Origin: Paragordius varius
Lineage: Eukaryota > Animalia > Nematomorpha
Length of the DNA: 64,000 nt
Direction: 5' to 3'
NCBI GenBank assembly: GCA_964247055.1
Contig: OZ176053.1
Location: forward strand, 4,588,001-4,652,000
A model generated the notes under the pieces. The model worked only from the letters and a program-made list of their open reading frames with translations. It was not told where the DNA came from and searched no databases. This document shows, piece after piece, positions 12,421 to 27,349 of this stretch (positions are counted from its first letter, which is position 1; each line of letters opens with the position of its first letter). Position numbers and translations under genes: made by a program.

Positions 12421-14359
12421 TACAAGAAAAATGTAAACGAGCCGAGATTGCGCGGTAAGAATTTTAATAGATGCTAGATTATGACATCGAAAAAATTATG
12501 TAAAAAATGCGTAACATATTTAGCAACTTTTTTGTAGCTAATTGGATGATTTGAAGCATGTTGACAACGATATAGCAACACTTAAATATATAAAAATTTA
12601 ATATTGGTTCTGAACATTTCTATTACCTCAGAACTTTGATCAAAATCTTAGTTCATCTTTAATTTTATGTTAAATACAGATTGTTTTTTAGAAAAATTTA
12701 CCCTAATTTAAAAACAAACGAACCTTAAAATAAACTTATGAATTAATTTTTAAGGAAAATATCCCCTTTTTTGTAAAAACCCTTTTTATGTCAATATTTG
12801 GAGTACTTTTGAATTTTATTTTGGGGGATTTCGCCTATTTTGGAGGATTCCAAAAGTATGAGACTTAGTAGCCGACATCTAATTTTACAAAAATATTGTT
12901 TTGCTTAAAATATTTAGTTTATAATATATTTTAGTAATATTTTGAAACGAAGTATTTAGCTTTCACCAAAAAAGTTATTTAACAAAATGTTCTCAAATTT
13001 CAACATTTACTGATATAGAGCAGTTATCAAAAAAGTGTAAATCAGTCGTAAGGGCCACCAAAAGCACCACGATAATCTTCATGCTCCTATAATACCTATA
13101 TCACAGGATATTTATTGTGGACCACGTAAAAATTATACCTTGTTTAATTCAATATATAAGCAATATTTTGTAAGCGTATTTTTTGAAGCATGTTGTGGGA
13201 AATATTTTAAGAGATTTTAAAAATACTTTTTTTATGATCGAATTTTTTGTAAAAAGATAGTTTTTAAATTAAAGTTACAAAAAATGTCTTTAATTGATAA
13301 ATTTTTTATATAAAATAGGCTATATCTCTTAAAATAAATGCAAAAGGGCTGAGATGCAATTTAAATTTTTAATATACGTTAGATTACGAAGCAAAATAAT
13401 TGGAAAAAGCACCTTTTAAAAAATGTAAAATATTCTTTATTTAAGATATCTTAAATAGGTTGAAACTGTATAAAAATAATTTTAGATTTAAGAGTATTTA
13501 TACAATACCATGTTTAACAATTTTGGTTCGTATCTAGAAAGTGCTTAAATTGTTGCGCATCTAATTGTTAAATACATCATTTGCCTACTGTGATGTCTCC
13601 CTTACAAATGGACTTTTCATCGAAATTAGGTGAGGTGTGCTATTTAGCACTTATTTGAATAAAATTGGTCCGATATTTTTTTACTATTTTTTTACAAATA
13701 CAGATAACGAGTATGTAGCGAGCATTTGCGGCGCCCAATTCAAGAATCGATGGCACCCTCTCTCTTGCAGGGCCAAAAATCTCAATCATAACCTTGAAAA
13801 ATAGAAACTCCTAATTCGTTTCTTAAATCATGGCTCCTAGGTTGTAGACACCCTTCCACCCTCTTGTGCCACTGTAGATCGCTTTTTATCTATAATTCGT
13901 AAATTTTTATATTTTTGCCTTCTACTGGAAAAGGGTTATTACGTGATATATGTTAAAGTTCGGACTGGTTAACAGAGCTGTACAATGGTCAACTCACTAC
14001 AAGCCCCACTTTCTAAAAACGGATTTTGCCATGTTATTACTGAAGTATGTTTGAAATATCATTTATTTTATTTGCATTAAATATTTAATTTATTGTCAAA
14101 ATATTTTTGATCCGATTCATAATTATTATTTTGGCTAAATGACACCTATCTACAGTGAATGTTAGTTCATTTATAAGTTTTACAAATTTATAGTTGTTAG
14201 GGCCTTGGGAGGATTTGGAGCCTATTGACCAGCATGTACTTTTTAAAGTGGATAAATTAATTTGAAATAAAATTATAATGGCATATGAATTAAACAGCGA
14301 AATTCCTACAAATTTTAATATTTTACATATGTTAAAGCAATCAGTCTAAGAATGATGTA

Positions 14360-14521
14360 CAGTGGCGTATGCAGTAAAAGATTGTTAGTGCAAACTAATC
14401 TTAATGAACACAAAACAAGGGGACAATTTTCATATATTAAAGTCCTATTTATAAACATATCCATAATATCCCCCTATTAAGATTATTTTGCACTAACAAT
14501 CTTTTACTGCATACGCTACTG
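14360..14521. mobile_element. Tc1/mariner-like hairpin MITE family D (162 bp)
   Basis: TA|CAGTGGCGTATGCAGTAAAAGATTGTTAGTGCAAA ... TTTGCACTAACAATCTTTTACTGCATACGCTACTG|TA, with about 45-bp TIRs and a TA TSD. Confidence 0.8.
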
Positions 14522-14627
14522 TATATCTAAAACCAATTTTTCTGCACTTGATTGAATAAAAGGAAGAAGCTGTAAACACATATTTTTTATTTTGTTGTAT
14601 CAAGTATTCATTAATATTTTTTTGTAA

Positions 14628-14787
14628 CAGTAGCGTATGGCATAAAACATTATTAGTCCATAAAAGATTAAAATATGTTTTAGCCTAATTTTATATATAC
14701 ACATATCCATAATATCCCCTTGTTTTTTAAAAATAACATTTTTTTATTCTTTTATGGACTAATATTGTTTTATGCCATACGCTACTG
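14628..14787. mobile_element. Hairpin MITE family D (160 bp); a degraded third copy lies at 14921-15036
   Basis: CAGTAGCGTATGGCATAAAAC ... GTTTTATGCCATACGCTACTG|TA. Confidence 0.8.
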
Positions 14788-16151
14788 TAAATGCATGAGG
14801 AAAACTTTAGTATTTTATTTTTTATGTACACACAATAGTTGGTATTATAAAATTGTAAACATATAGTGTAGTATAATAGTAAATACACTAAATACCTCTT
14901 CAACCATAATTTTAATATGACAGTAGAGTATGGTATAAGTAAACTCTGTCCCTTATAAAATATAAAATAAATGTTAGACTATGGGAATAAAATTGTTTAA
15001 TTTCAATTATTGGTTGTTTTTTAACATACGCTACCGTAAATATTTATATGCATTTTTACACTTTCCATACTTTTTGTACATAGTAAGATATCCATACATT
15101 TAAATACAATGTGTACATATAGTTTTTTACAATTTTTACAAAACCATACTTTGGAAACAAACAATCAACCTCTACCTATAAATATATTACTATTAATGAT
15201 ATGTAATTTTTCCGCAATTTTTTTCCACAAAGTTGTTGAATCTTTTTATATTTGCTAGTATTTTTATATACGCACATATAAATAAATAGCGGATGCATCT
15301 ATAATATACCTTTTTTTCATACCACACAAACATTATCTTTTTTGTTCAAATTATAAGAACTGTAACAGACAATGTTGCTTTTGCAAGTCTTGATGGCTCC
15401 CTTTTTAAATTTCTAAAAAATAATTATATACACAAAAAAGTACATGGCTATTTATGTATATATATAGTACGTAATGTACATATATTCGCTCTACCTTTTT
15501 TATATGCGTCTATTAAACGCATAAAATAAGTTTTTGCATCCAAAAAGACACAGTATTTGAGTCCCCATAATATATTTAAATATAAATATCACCGTTTATG
15601 TATATATGTGACACAATATATTTTTTTTGTAAGATTAACCACGCATTATTCTATTATAAATGAAAATCAATAAAACAATTTATGGACCACGATTCTGTAG
15701 ACATTGTCCCATTATTCCAATCCAAAATGTGTGCGTATACTGTGGTTTTCCATTGCCGATAAATACCAATAAAAAGATTTAGTAAAATATTTTATTACAT
15801 TCATATAATCGCGCATAACTTTTATTTTGAAACAACTTTGTGGCATACCCCAACCAAATTTTTATGCTTATATGACCATTATTTTTATTATCATTTATTT
15901 TCTCGCCCAAAAAGATTAAATTTAAAAACACTATTCATATGCATACACATGTTTATGAACATAAACACAAAAATTAGTGTGGATAGATACCTTTAATTGC
16001 TATACCATATTTTATTAATCACGTTTGTTTCATTTTGAAATAAAAAGAGACACCCAGTAGCCAAAAATGATTTGATCTATGTTAGAAAAAAACTTTTAAC
16101 CTCTATCACTGAATAATTGTATGATACCTTGAAAATGAAATCTCTTATACA

Positions 16152-19100
16152 ATGATGTTTATATTGCTGACAATTATTCAAACTGCGGTCGTTATACTAG
16201 TCTCGTTTATAAGGATACTTAGTGCCCAAAAAATTATGGATTGTTTATCGGATTGCATTTGCTCCAGACCAGATTTAAATATTTTGGATATGGATTGTTC
16301 TAGACATCATTTTACGGAAATACCCAAAAAAGCAATCCCTTCTAACATTCGAACATTGTAATTAAAATATTTAATTTACAAATTTTAAAAAAATATAATG
16401 CAAAAAACAACAGATTATATTTTGTGTTTTATAATTTTAGAAATTTTAAACTCAATCAAATTCATGCTTTGAATGCAAATCAATTCAAGGGGATGAAAAA
16501 CTTGATAAAACTGTAAGTATTTATTTGTTTTATAATATGTGGAGTTATATCACCTAGATTTTTATAATATAAAATTAACCAACTAAAATCAAAATTAAAT
16601 TATGAATTTTGTGATTTATTACTAAGATTTTGTCACAGTTTTTTTATCGAATCGGCTTATCATCCTATTATTTTATGGTTTATTTAGGGTATATTCTTCG
16701 TTTTATTGATTAAATAATGTGTTAGGTTATCCTTTTTAATTTACTTAAAAATTTTATAAAACATAATATTACTAATTTTATTGCTGTACATTTATTTTTC
16801 GCCATGTGATAAAAAAACAAGGGGCAAAGATAAAATTGCTTTTGGGTTTCGGGGCATAAAGTGTTTAAATACTAGGATAGAGAGTAGGAGCTCTTTACAA
16901 TTTATATATATAATGTATTCAAAAAATATTTTTACATTTTTTGACCATTAAACGATAATAATAATTTTACTTTTTAATTACTAAAATTTAATTCTTAAAA
17001 ACACCATATTTAGTTATATGTACACCCTTATAATATATTTTGTTATTAAGAATTTATTTTTAATACCAATTTTTCTTTTTTAAATTATATATAACAATTT
17101 ATGGCTTAAATTACACTTTGTGAGGAAAAAAAATAAATAAGGTACAAACCATTTCTCTTCTCAGCATGAAGAAATTCGACACTTTATCCCTGACTGCATT
17201 TGTTGCAAAAAAAATTTTTTTTTGTTTAAACATGCTTAATAAGTAAAGGTGAGTAAATACTTATATTTTTATATATATGTAATGTAATAAGGTTTAAGAA
17301 GGAAAAAATGACATAAATATTAAAGTAAGTTTCATGTATTTTTTATAGATGTGTTTACAAAATATAGACTACTCCTGTAAAATAGGTATAAAAAATATTA
17401 TATACTATTAAAAATATAAATACCTATTTTTCTCTAATATAACGTATAGTATAGTATAGTATATATATAATTATGGTATCCAAAAACTATTTAATCTTTG
17501 ATATGTTAATCTAATGTCTGTAATTTTTACATATTATTTTACATTTTTACTAAATAGGTAAAATATATAAGATATCCCTCATGAATGGGAATGTTTCAAT
17601 TATAGTTCTCACCTTAATTGTTTTCGTTTAGTTATTAAAATAAGCCCTTTACATTCAAACTATTTAAGCCTAAACTTAATCCACATTTAGATACAAAAGC
17701 TTTTAATCCAAATAAATGACCAATTATACTGTTAAATTGCTTTTTTAATGAATAAATGGATATAATGCCAATTTTAATATGCAATATAATTTTTTAAAAT
17801 ATTAAAACATCAATTTCAAATAGTTGAAAGTTTTATTTCTATATAGTTATTCAATATTGCAACTTTCCAAAAATTATTACTTAACTTCGGTGCAATCATT
17901 TTTGTCAACTTTGCTTTAATTAAATTATCGAACACGATCCCAAAAAATTAGAGTTTTGACAGCGGGAGTATTTTATATTTATTTACATTTCTCCAGCAAA
18001 ACATCGAGTTTGGTGTGAAAAATATCATAATTTAGAAAAAAACGTGCGTTTTTCATTTTTTCTAACAAAAAATTTGCCCAACGTGACATTTATACATTTT
18101 TTGATTTGGTCTTGCTAAATATCCAACTGTGTGTATTTTTTTATATTTAAAAATAAGAGGATCATTTATCATTTTAAAGAAAGTATTATCCATTTCGTTA
18201 TCATAAAATTGTTTTGAGAATATCAACATTATACGTGTCTAAATGACAAATTGAAATGATGTTTGTTGCTTAAACTATTTTTATCCTAAAAAATATTTTT
18301 TTGCATTGGATATAACCCTAAGTTTAAAGTTATTTTAAATTAATAAATAAATATTGTAATTATTACAGAGATTGTATTGGGATTAATGAGTCCTTTTGTC
18401 TAACAATATAACAATATTTAATGTATATATTGATTATTCATCAAATTAAGTGTTTAGTTTATAAATAAATTCTAACACATATATTCATATTAAAATTAAT
18501 TTTATTCATAATTTTTAAAAAAAGTGTTATTTATTTATGTAAAGTGCCATGATGGCTAACAGGGAAAAAATTTCCATCTAAAACAATGTATAATTCATCA
18601 AGTTTTGTTAATTTTTTTCTTATCTTATATGTGTAAAAACAAGTTTAAAAAATGAATAATTATAAAAAAAAATATTATTACACAATATGTTTATAATTTT
18701 TATGAAATAAATACTAGAGCAGGTGCTTTAACTTTTTATAATAATTTTTTAGGCTTGATTTATAGTATATAATACCTATCTTACCATACCAAACAGTATA
18801 AAAATTAATTTTAAAAACACTAAATACTGTGATAAGAAGATGGTCAGTTTTTATTAATATTATAAATTATACAATGTAAAGGTTTTCGTATGCGTTTTTG
18901 AAGATAAAATTTAAGTTTGAGATGCCCTTATGTCTAACAATTTTTTGATTATCATTATTCACATATTTTCTTTTGCTTGTTGCAAAATTTATATATAAGT
19001 GGTTGGTTTGAAGAACAATAGCACAATAAATATATATATTTGTTTAAAATTTTTAAATCCCAAGAGCTTAAAATATTTTTTTATTTTTGGTTTATAAGTG

Positions 19101-22100
19101 GGGAAAACCACTCCACAAGCGCTATTTATTACAAATTTTTTTAACAGAAGGTATTAAATACATTTCATTAACAAATTATTTTAAGTAGAGTTTTAGTTTG
19201 TATGTATAAAATATTACAAATAATTTACCTTTCTCTTATTAAAAATTATTATATAAATATATATAATGTATGTATATGGAGATATTTATTAAGCCTTTTT
19301 ATTTATCCCAAGATTAAATTAAGTCTCTCTCTCTATTTACATTTACAAAATATTTTTAAAACATATTTACTCATTAAACCTAAATCAAACAAAAAAAGTT
19401 TTTCAATAAATGTGAAAATTTTAAAGTGCTTAATTTCAAGTTAATGAGAAAATTTTTTATTGCATATCCATATTAAATTTGATATGTAGAATTATTTTTA
19501 AAAACTGAAAAACAAATATATATATATATGGATGATGATTTTCCGTTAAATTTCAAACTTTACTAAAAAATTTGATAGCATTCATAAGTATATTATTGGC
19601 CGCCGCCATAAAAATTTATTTTCATTATTTCCTTTTTATGGAGGCAGGAACGTTGGCCTTTTTATGTATAATAAATTATTATAAATATTCATTAGATATT
19701 TATAAATTTTATAATAATTTCACAATTTTAGGGTTACTAAAGTTTAATTTAAAAGTTAAATGGCCTTTATAGGTGCCTGCCGTCTTTCTATTTTTTACGC
19801 GATAATTTTAGTTTGATATTCGGAGTTTCCTTTTTAACTTATAAATAATACAATTCACATTTTATTTTAGAACGAAAAAAATCTTCTACGGACATAATGT
19901 TTTATTCATCATTATATTAATTTACACCATTATGTACTTTGTATGGAAAAGATTTATTGACAACCAAATAGGATATAGCAATAATTATAATTGGTATTTA
20001 CCATATTTAAAATATTTATATAATAGGGATTTGAGTAACAATGCCATGAGGTACATTGAACCACAAGCCTTTCAAACAATAACCAAATTACAGGAATTGT
20101 ATATATATCTCCTTTTTTATTTCAAATTTACATCTAATATACATTAATTAATAATTATTTGTTTATCAAAATTTATGATAACTAAATATCACAAATGTTT
20201 CCTTAATTAATCAATTAATTTTATAATGTAACCAATGTTTGTTTAAACACGGCGTTTAAAATGGATGTTTTGTAAGTTTTTCATTAATTATTACCACAGA
20301 ACATATACAGCAAACGGAAATATTACAGTAGCGTATGACATAAAACAATATTAGTCCATAAAAGAATAAAAAATTGTTTTTTAAAAAAACAAGGGGATAT
20401 TATGGATATGTGTATCTAGGCTTGTTTTTAAAAAAAACATTTTTATTCTTTTATGGACTAATATTGTTTTATGTCATACGCTACTGTAATAAATTACCTA
20501 TGTATATTTGCTTATAATATTAGCGATTTTTTATAAATACACTGTATAAATTAAGCCATTTCTTTTATCAATATAGAAAACTTCAATATAACCAACTCAA
20601 ATCTATACCGTATTTTGCAGAGGAAAATGCATTGTCCCACCTATATATGTATGATTTATTATAATATTTAAATCTTACGCAAAACATAGTCAACAGACTT
20701 TTAAATCCCTTCCTTTCTTTATATTACGTTTTTTGCCCTAAAACTACCCGTAAATTAGTTTTTTAGACCGACTTTTTGTAAACCTCATGAGAGAATATCA
20801 ATTTTATATGGTCCTTGACATTTGTTTTATTAAGCAATGATTAAACTAAACATCTTTTTAAATTAGTCCATTCATAGAGACTCAATCGATGTATGCGCTT
20901 AATATCTAATAATTTTTTCGACTAGGTCAGAGCATCGGGTGACTGGGCGTATCTAGAATATTAGTTATCTAATTAATTTTCTTAAAAAATATTATATTCT
21001 ATATTTAAAATATTTATAGACAACACAATGATATAACACAGTTAACACCATTAAATATGAGAAATTTGGGAGAGCTAATCACTTTAGACCTGGGATTCAA
21101 CAATATTAGCAGGCTTGTTCCAGGAACCTTTACGCAAAGAAACCAAAAATTAAGACAATTGTAATAATATATAATATATATTTAAATATTCTAATAAATT
21201 TATTACAAACAGTTTTAAAAATTAAGATTAACATTTAAATTGATACTAATTTGTATTGTAACCATTTAGGTTTTTAAACAACAATTATATTGGCAATCTT
21301 TATGATGGCTTTTTCGATGACTTATCATCATTAGAATGGCTCAAGCTTTCCAAAAATCGGATTTATGAATTACCAGATTTACTATTTGCAAAACTCCCCA
21401 AATTAAAATATTTGTAAGTAGTTATAATATATACATCATTAATTAAACGATATAATTGTAAAATATAATTTTGTTTAATAAAACAATAATTTAAAACGTT
21501 GAAATTCGGGAATATTTAAATACTTAAAAAACTTTAACAAACCGATTGATTTATGTTTTATAATTTTATAAATTGTAAATCTGTCAGTATAGGAAATTTT
21601 AAACTTACATCTTATTTATTTATTTATTTACAGAGAAATCAACAGAAATAAATTGCATACACTGAGAAGTTTAGCCTTTAACGGGTTAAAAAGTTTGGAA
21701 ATATTGAAGATAAAACGTAACAACATCAATAAATTAATGGATGGTGCCTTTTTTGGCTTGGATGGCATAATAAGCTTGTAAGTTGATTTTATGAATCCAA
21801 TATTATAATTTGTACTTTGCGCAAAAACCTCTTAAAATTTACTTTTAAGAAATTCAAGAAAATTTAATATATATCTTTATTTATTTTATAGGCAACTTGA
21901 CAATAATGAAATCGATACCATTAATCGTAATTGGTTATATGGATTAACGCATCTAGAAAATCTTAGCTTATCATTCAACAAAATCACCCAATTTGATCCT
22001 CATACATGGGAACCAGTTGCTAATCTAAAAGAATTGTATATTTTTAGAAGAATATTAGAAATTAGCTAAACGGCCTATTATTTAGAATATACAAAAATGA

Positions 22101-25100
22101 TTTACTTTTTTTCTTTTACGTGGTTTTTTAGAGATTTAAGTCATAACGCAATTACGAGATTGGAACAAAATGCATTCGAATACTTGCCTCAACTTAGAGT
22201 TTTGCGACTAAACGGAAATCAAATCAAATACGTTCATATTGATGCATTTCGTAATCTAGAATCGCTAATACATCTGTATGTTATTTATACCATTTTATAT
22301 ATTAATTAGACAGTGATCACTTATATGTGTTATTTGAAAGGATTTTACTTTATGAAATTTATTTTTTTCGTAAAATGAAATTACAAAAGCTATTTTATTC
22401 CTCTATTTATTTTTTAGTGATATGTCGTTCAATCAATTCACGGATGCTTTGGCACAATCCCATACTTTTCATGAAGACGAGTCATATTATACAGCAGAGC
22501 AATCCGAAAAGTCACCACAAAACCAAATTCAAAACCGACAGTCTTATTTAGGGAAATCTAGATCCACCCTAGTTACAAATGCATTATGCCATTTATCCTC
22601 CTTGGCCAAATTAAATTTAGAGGATAATTCGATTGAAACACTAGATATAAGTAGCGATAATTTGTGTTTAGTTAAATTGCTGTCAAATGCACAGTTGAAA
22701 ATATTTAATGCAAATAATAACCCCATAAACCGAATTCATACGGATTCAATATTGAATAATGAGCAGGCAAAAACTTTATGGCCCAATAAAAAGACTGATG
22801 ATACTGCCTTTGATAGTAAATTAAAAGCTTTGAATCAAACTTCTATCCTAACACAATATCCTTTGAGCCCAACCATAAAACAATTGTAATTTTCATATTA
22901 ACTATATAGTTTTATCCTAATATGTTATATAGTAATTGATAATAAAAGATTTTGATGTTTTAAGACTTAATTTCTGGCCAAAAGATGATAAAATTTAAAA
23001 TTTTTTTAAATATTCCATATATATATCTATATATATATATAGACGAATCAATACAACAATGTTGATATGTGATTGTGATACATTATTACAAGTTCCTTTA
23101 TGGTTTAATCCATGGATCACTGAGGAACAACAAAAATTTTCAGCTTTGTCCAATTTCAATGCTAAAAACACCGAAAAAAATGAACAAACACCATTTGGGA
23201 ATGGGTTACATTGTTTAGCGCCTTATCATTTAACTAATCTCAATGTTATGGATTTGAAAGCCATCAAAGAAAACTCTGAAACTATACAATCACTATGTTC
23301 TCAAATATTCTCAATGGATTCTCCGTCAAAAACAACGTTCAGTAATACTAATAGGGATGGTACCCAAATACATTTAAACCAAATTCCTAATGGAGAAACA
23401 AAGAACATTGAAACATTGTTACAATATCCGTCAACCAGTGGACAAACAAATTTAACACCAACTAATGATTTGACTTACCTGAAAGATGCACCACAACCTG
23501 AGAACCCACTTTTGGCTATTCTGGGAAAAATGGAGCAAAAATCAATGCATAAAAAGTTCGATTCATTTTTAATTATATTTTCAAAAAAATATAAAAAAAT
23601 CTAAATAAATATCTGTTTTGTTTTTTAGATCAAATTTGTTGACCGCATTTATTCCGTATGGCGCTGTTTCCATCACCCGAAATTCTGAACCAAAAATGGA
23701 TGTCATACGAGGTACATCAACTTCCAAAATTCCAATGATAAGAAAAAAATTAGATCAGCGATTTAATACAGGAAACGCCTTGATTTGTAATGCTGAAATA
23801 GCAGTTTTACATCACGAAAATCCTTTTATATCATTACCAAAAACTGGCAAAACCGTATATACTAAAACAAAAGGTATCCTGAATCCATCTTTGATGGATC
23901 AACATGAAATGCTTGAAGTAGTTTGGGAGAAGGGAAATCAAGTTATAGATGCCCGATTAGCAAGCAATGATCGACATTATAAAATTGATGAAATTTACTA
24001 TGTCAAAGAGAAAAGTTTTCAAAATGAATTTGGAAATGGTGAGCGGTATTCGCAAAATGGAACCGTACCTACCAAAAAATCTAAATTGAAAACGTAATTA
24101 TTTAATCTTTGAAAAAATGTATTGTTTCTCCTCAATGCTTTTTTTGGAATTTCTTTTTATTTTAGTTATGTTAATATATTTCTTACCAAATCTGTACATT
24201 TTTATTTAACAGATATGTCATTGGTATACGGAGTAAGCTATTACTTTATCCTATTGTTAATGATGTCCATAGTGGAACGTACAAATGTGTAGCACAATCT
24301 CGTTTTCTTCAACAATGGATAGAGGTGTATGGATATGAAAATTTGCCTCCATCCCTTTTTATGTACAATTTCGGGGCAGACTTGATAAATTCTGCGCCCC
24401 TAAATCAGAACAAAAACAACGGCAGACCATTTGGAACAACTGAAAATCAACTTTATAGGGCTGTTTCACCACGAATGCGGGTTTCAGTTCTTGTATCACC
24501 ATATCTTGTAACAAATAGTGATCCATTTTATAACACAATCAATAAAGACGACCATCTTACCCAAAATGACCACGATAATCTCGATAAATTTAATCAAGAT
24601 CAAGTGTATAATGCGGAAAAGAAATTGGTTGAAGCGCATAAAATTATGACGGTAAGGGTTGGAGGAACTGCTAAACTGGAATGTGCCGCTGAGGGAAGAC
24701 CTACACCTCAAGTTGCATGGCAGAAAGTTAGAAAAGTTTCCAAATCTCATAGACAATCACCCATGTCAGATTCTTTCAGGTAAAAATATCGATTAACATG
24801 TATAGTTTTTGAAAAATATGATGGTGTTTTATTATTACAATATATTTTTTTCTCGCACATTTAGAACGAAAGATTCGACTACCGAAAAGTATGAAATTGC
24901 CGATTTTCCTGCAGCCCGTGAAAGGCGAATGCGCGTAATTCCTTCTGCTGCCTATCTACATGCTACAACAAACATATATGATAATTTCAAAAAATTCGAT
25001 AAATTTCACAAATTAGATTTATCTCTAACTTCAACACCACCCGCACCCAAATACAATTACAGAAATGGCTATGAGAGCGAGACGTTTGGTGACACCCAGG

Positions 25101-27349
25101 CCGGGCAAAATAATTATGATATATCACCCGGAGCATTTTACATTACGGACGTGAAATTGGCAGATGCTGGAATCTATTTGTGCCGAGCTAGAAATAAGGC
25201 TGGGACCGCCTTGCTAAAATTAACGCTCAATGTTTTAGGTAGTATATTAATTTAATCAACATTCGCTAGGGCCAAAAAATGTATGTCTTTAATCACCATG
25301 TTTTTTGATGCATATAGAACTGCCGTTTGTTAATCGACCCATGACCGATAAGAAGTTGAAGGTTGGTCAAGCCGCAATTTTTGATTGCTTGGCTGGAGGG
25401 AGTCCGGCACCTACAATAAATTGGTTAAAAGATGGGGAGCCAATAGCTTCTTTATTGCTAAATCATAACACGCATGTACGCAGAAACAAGAATCACATTG
25501 AAAACGATCGTATGTTTCTAGCTGGTCAAGACAAGCTCTTAGTCATTCCACAGGTGACGGAACAAGATGCGGGTACATATGAATGCGTTTTACAAAATAC
25601 ACTTGGAAAAATTAGTCACACAGCAAGGCTCATTGTGGAAAAAGGTAAGAACAACCGTTTAATTTTGAAAGAGATGTTTGCAGCTAAGTGAAATTTTTGT
25701 TAATTGGTCATTTTTCATGAATATTATGACTCAAATTTGGATATTATATTTTTATATAAATTTTACGAGACATTTTATCTAATATCGTTATATCTTTTTC
25801 ATTTTCAGATAAATCACCAGCTTCAATCCTATCTGCCAATTATTTCCTCCAAGGAGGAGATCAATTAGTGAACCTATTATCTGAAGTTGATCGGATAGCG
25901 AATGCAACTATGAGCCAATCTCAAAGTTTTGCTAAGATGTCCAAACAACATCAACAACAACCGCGTCATCGAAAACCATCATATGATGAATGGGAAGATG
26001 ACATGTTAGATGAAAATGAGGAAGACTTATCAATCCTATCTAAGCCACGAGATGCAGTTCAACTCGATGATCCGAGTGCGGATGAATCAGGTACAAAATC
26101 AAATGCGCTTTTCAATTTTCATCACCCCGAAACTGCTAACCGAAAAAATGTCGATTCTGGCCCAATCGGCCAAAACTATAATCAGTTTAAAGGAATAGTT
26201 CCTGATTACGCTGGTGGCATTAGGAATGCGGAAAACTCTCCTTCAATAAACTCATTTTTCTCACAAGCTGGCCACAATGATCGAAGCGTTATTGCCCTAA
26301 TTGTTTTAGCCGTAATAACATGCGTGCTCCTGACATCTTTGCTATGGGCGGGCCTTATACTCCGCGCACGTAAAAGACGACTCAAAAAAATCAATCGTTT
26401 AGCTAATGTATCTTTTGATAGTAATGGTCAAGTCGATATAGAAAAAAGTAATCTAAATAATCTTGGATTTGGGAAAGGAGGAAAAACATTGAGTGAATTA
26501 GAAAGATTAGCTTACCAAATAAATGTTACAACTGACAAAATGGCAAATTATAAATCTACACATAATCATCCAAACTATCATCGTCTAAATCATATTAATC
26601 AAACAAATATTCCCGAATCAGAAAAATTTATATGCATAAAATCTTCAAATGTTTATAATCCAACCACAACTATTGATCGACATAAAAATAGCTTTAAGTT
26701 ACAAACATTTGCTCGAAGGTTTAAATTGTTCAAAGATCAATTTTTTATTCCAAAGCAAAAAACCAATACTACCAATGATAATTATTACCAAGATCTTTCT
26801 ACTCTCATGAAACAAAAATTACGATTCCCAAAAGCTGGAACCATATCTCCTAGTAAATCATCAAATTTTCCACTCACTGCCATCTACACACAACTCCCGA
26901 ACACACAAATTTCTCCAAAAAAATTTAGCATTTTCCAACCTGGATCACCAATTATACTATCGACATTTGCAAAAAGTAAAATCGCCTCCGCAAATACTAC
27001 TCCACAACATAAGTTAGTGAAAATTGACAATTGTAACACCGATTTTATGCCAAAAACAAATCACGATAGGGATTATGATTTATCAGCCATAATAGATGTT
27101 ACCTCAGGTTTAGCGCATGATCATGATGAAAAAATTCCAAATTTTCCAAATACTTACATAGATTCTCTCAAGAATTTTTCTGAAGACAGGGATTCTGGCC
27201 TAGCATTATGCCCTTCTTCCACAAATTCGGTTTGTTCCGACGAGTTAATCCATGGAAAACACAAAATGAATTTATACAGTAATGGAACATTAAAGGATAA
27301 AAGTCTGCATGATAAATGTACAAAATTAAAAGTTATAGATGTGAAATAG
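16152..27349 (+). CDS. LRIG: LRIG/lambik-family receptor: signal peptide, LRRNT, about 15 LRR, LRRCT, 3 Ig, TM, long cytoplasmic tail; 16 exons, about 1781 aa
   Basis: Exons 16152-16357, 16441-16512, 20027-20098, 20577-20648, 21020-21160, 21270-21413, 21634-21777, 21892-22035, 22132-22275, 22418-22885, 23043-23555, 23629-24045, 24213-24779, 24865-25238, 25318-25644, 25809-27349 (5346 nt, in frame). The LRR exons are phase-2, mostly 72/144 nt. LRIG-typical motifs: KRNNINKLMDGAFFGL, DFPAARERRM in Ig2, and TM ..VITCVLLTSLLWAGLI. Confidence 0.9.
20326..20486. mobile_element. Hairpin MITE family D (161 bp) in an LRIG intron
   Basis: TA|CAGTAGCGTATGACATAAAACAATATTAGTCCATAAAAG ... |TA, with near-perfect TIRs of about 65 bp. 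Confidence 0.85.

Noticed and set aside
19202-19772. ORF-track entries rich in I/L/F/K/Y/N (also 4958, 27758, 33246, 34196, 48169, 53627, 54xxx-58xxx intronic ORFs, 57844, 58278)
   Set aside because: Their composition is typical of AT-rich intronic or repeat DNA and they show no recognisable motifs. Several lie in MITEs or are antisense to real exons.
19871-20026. Long open frame preceding the LRIG exon at 20027, a possible extra LRR exon
   Set aside because: It has no clean LRR consensus or phase-compatible donor, and exon 2 joins 20027 directly in frame.
22544-26394. Antisense or alternate-frame ORFs overlapping LRIG exons (22544, 24496, 26010, 26206)
   Set aside because: These are shadows of the real coding strand with no independent evidence.
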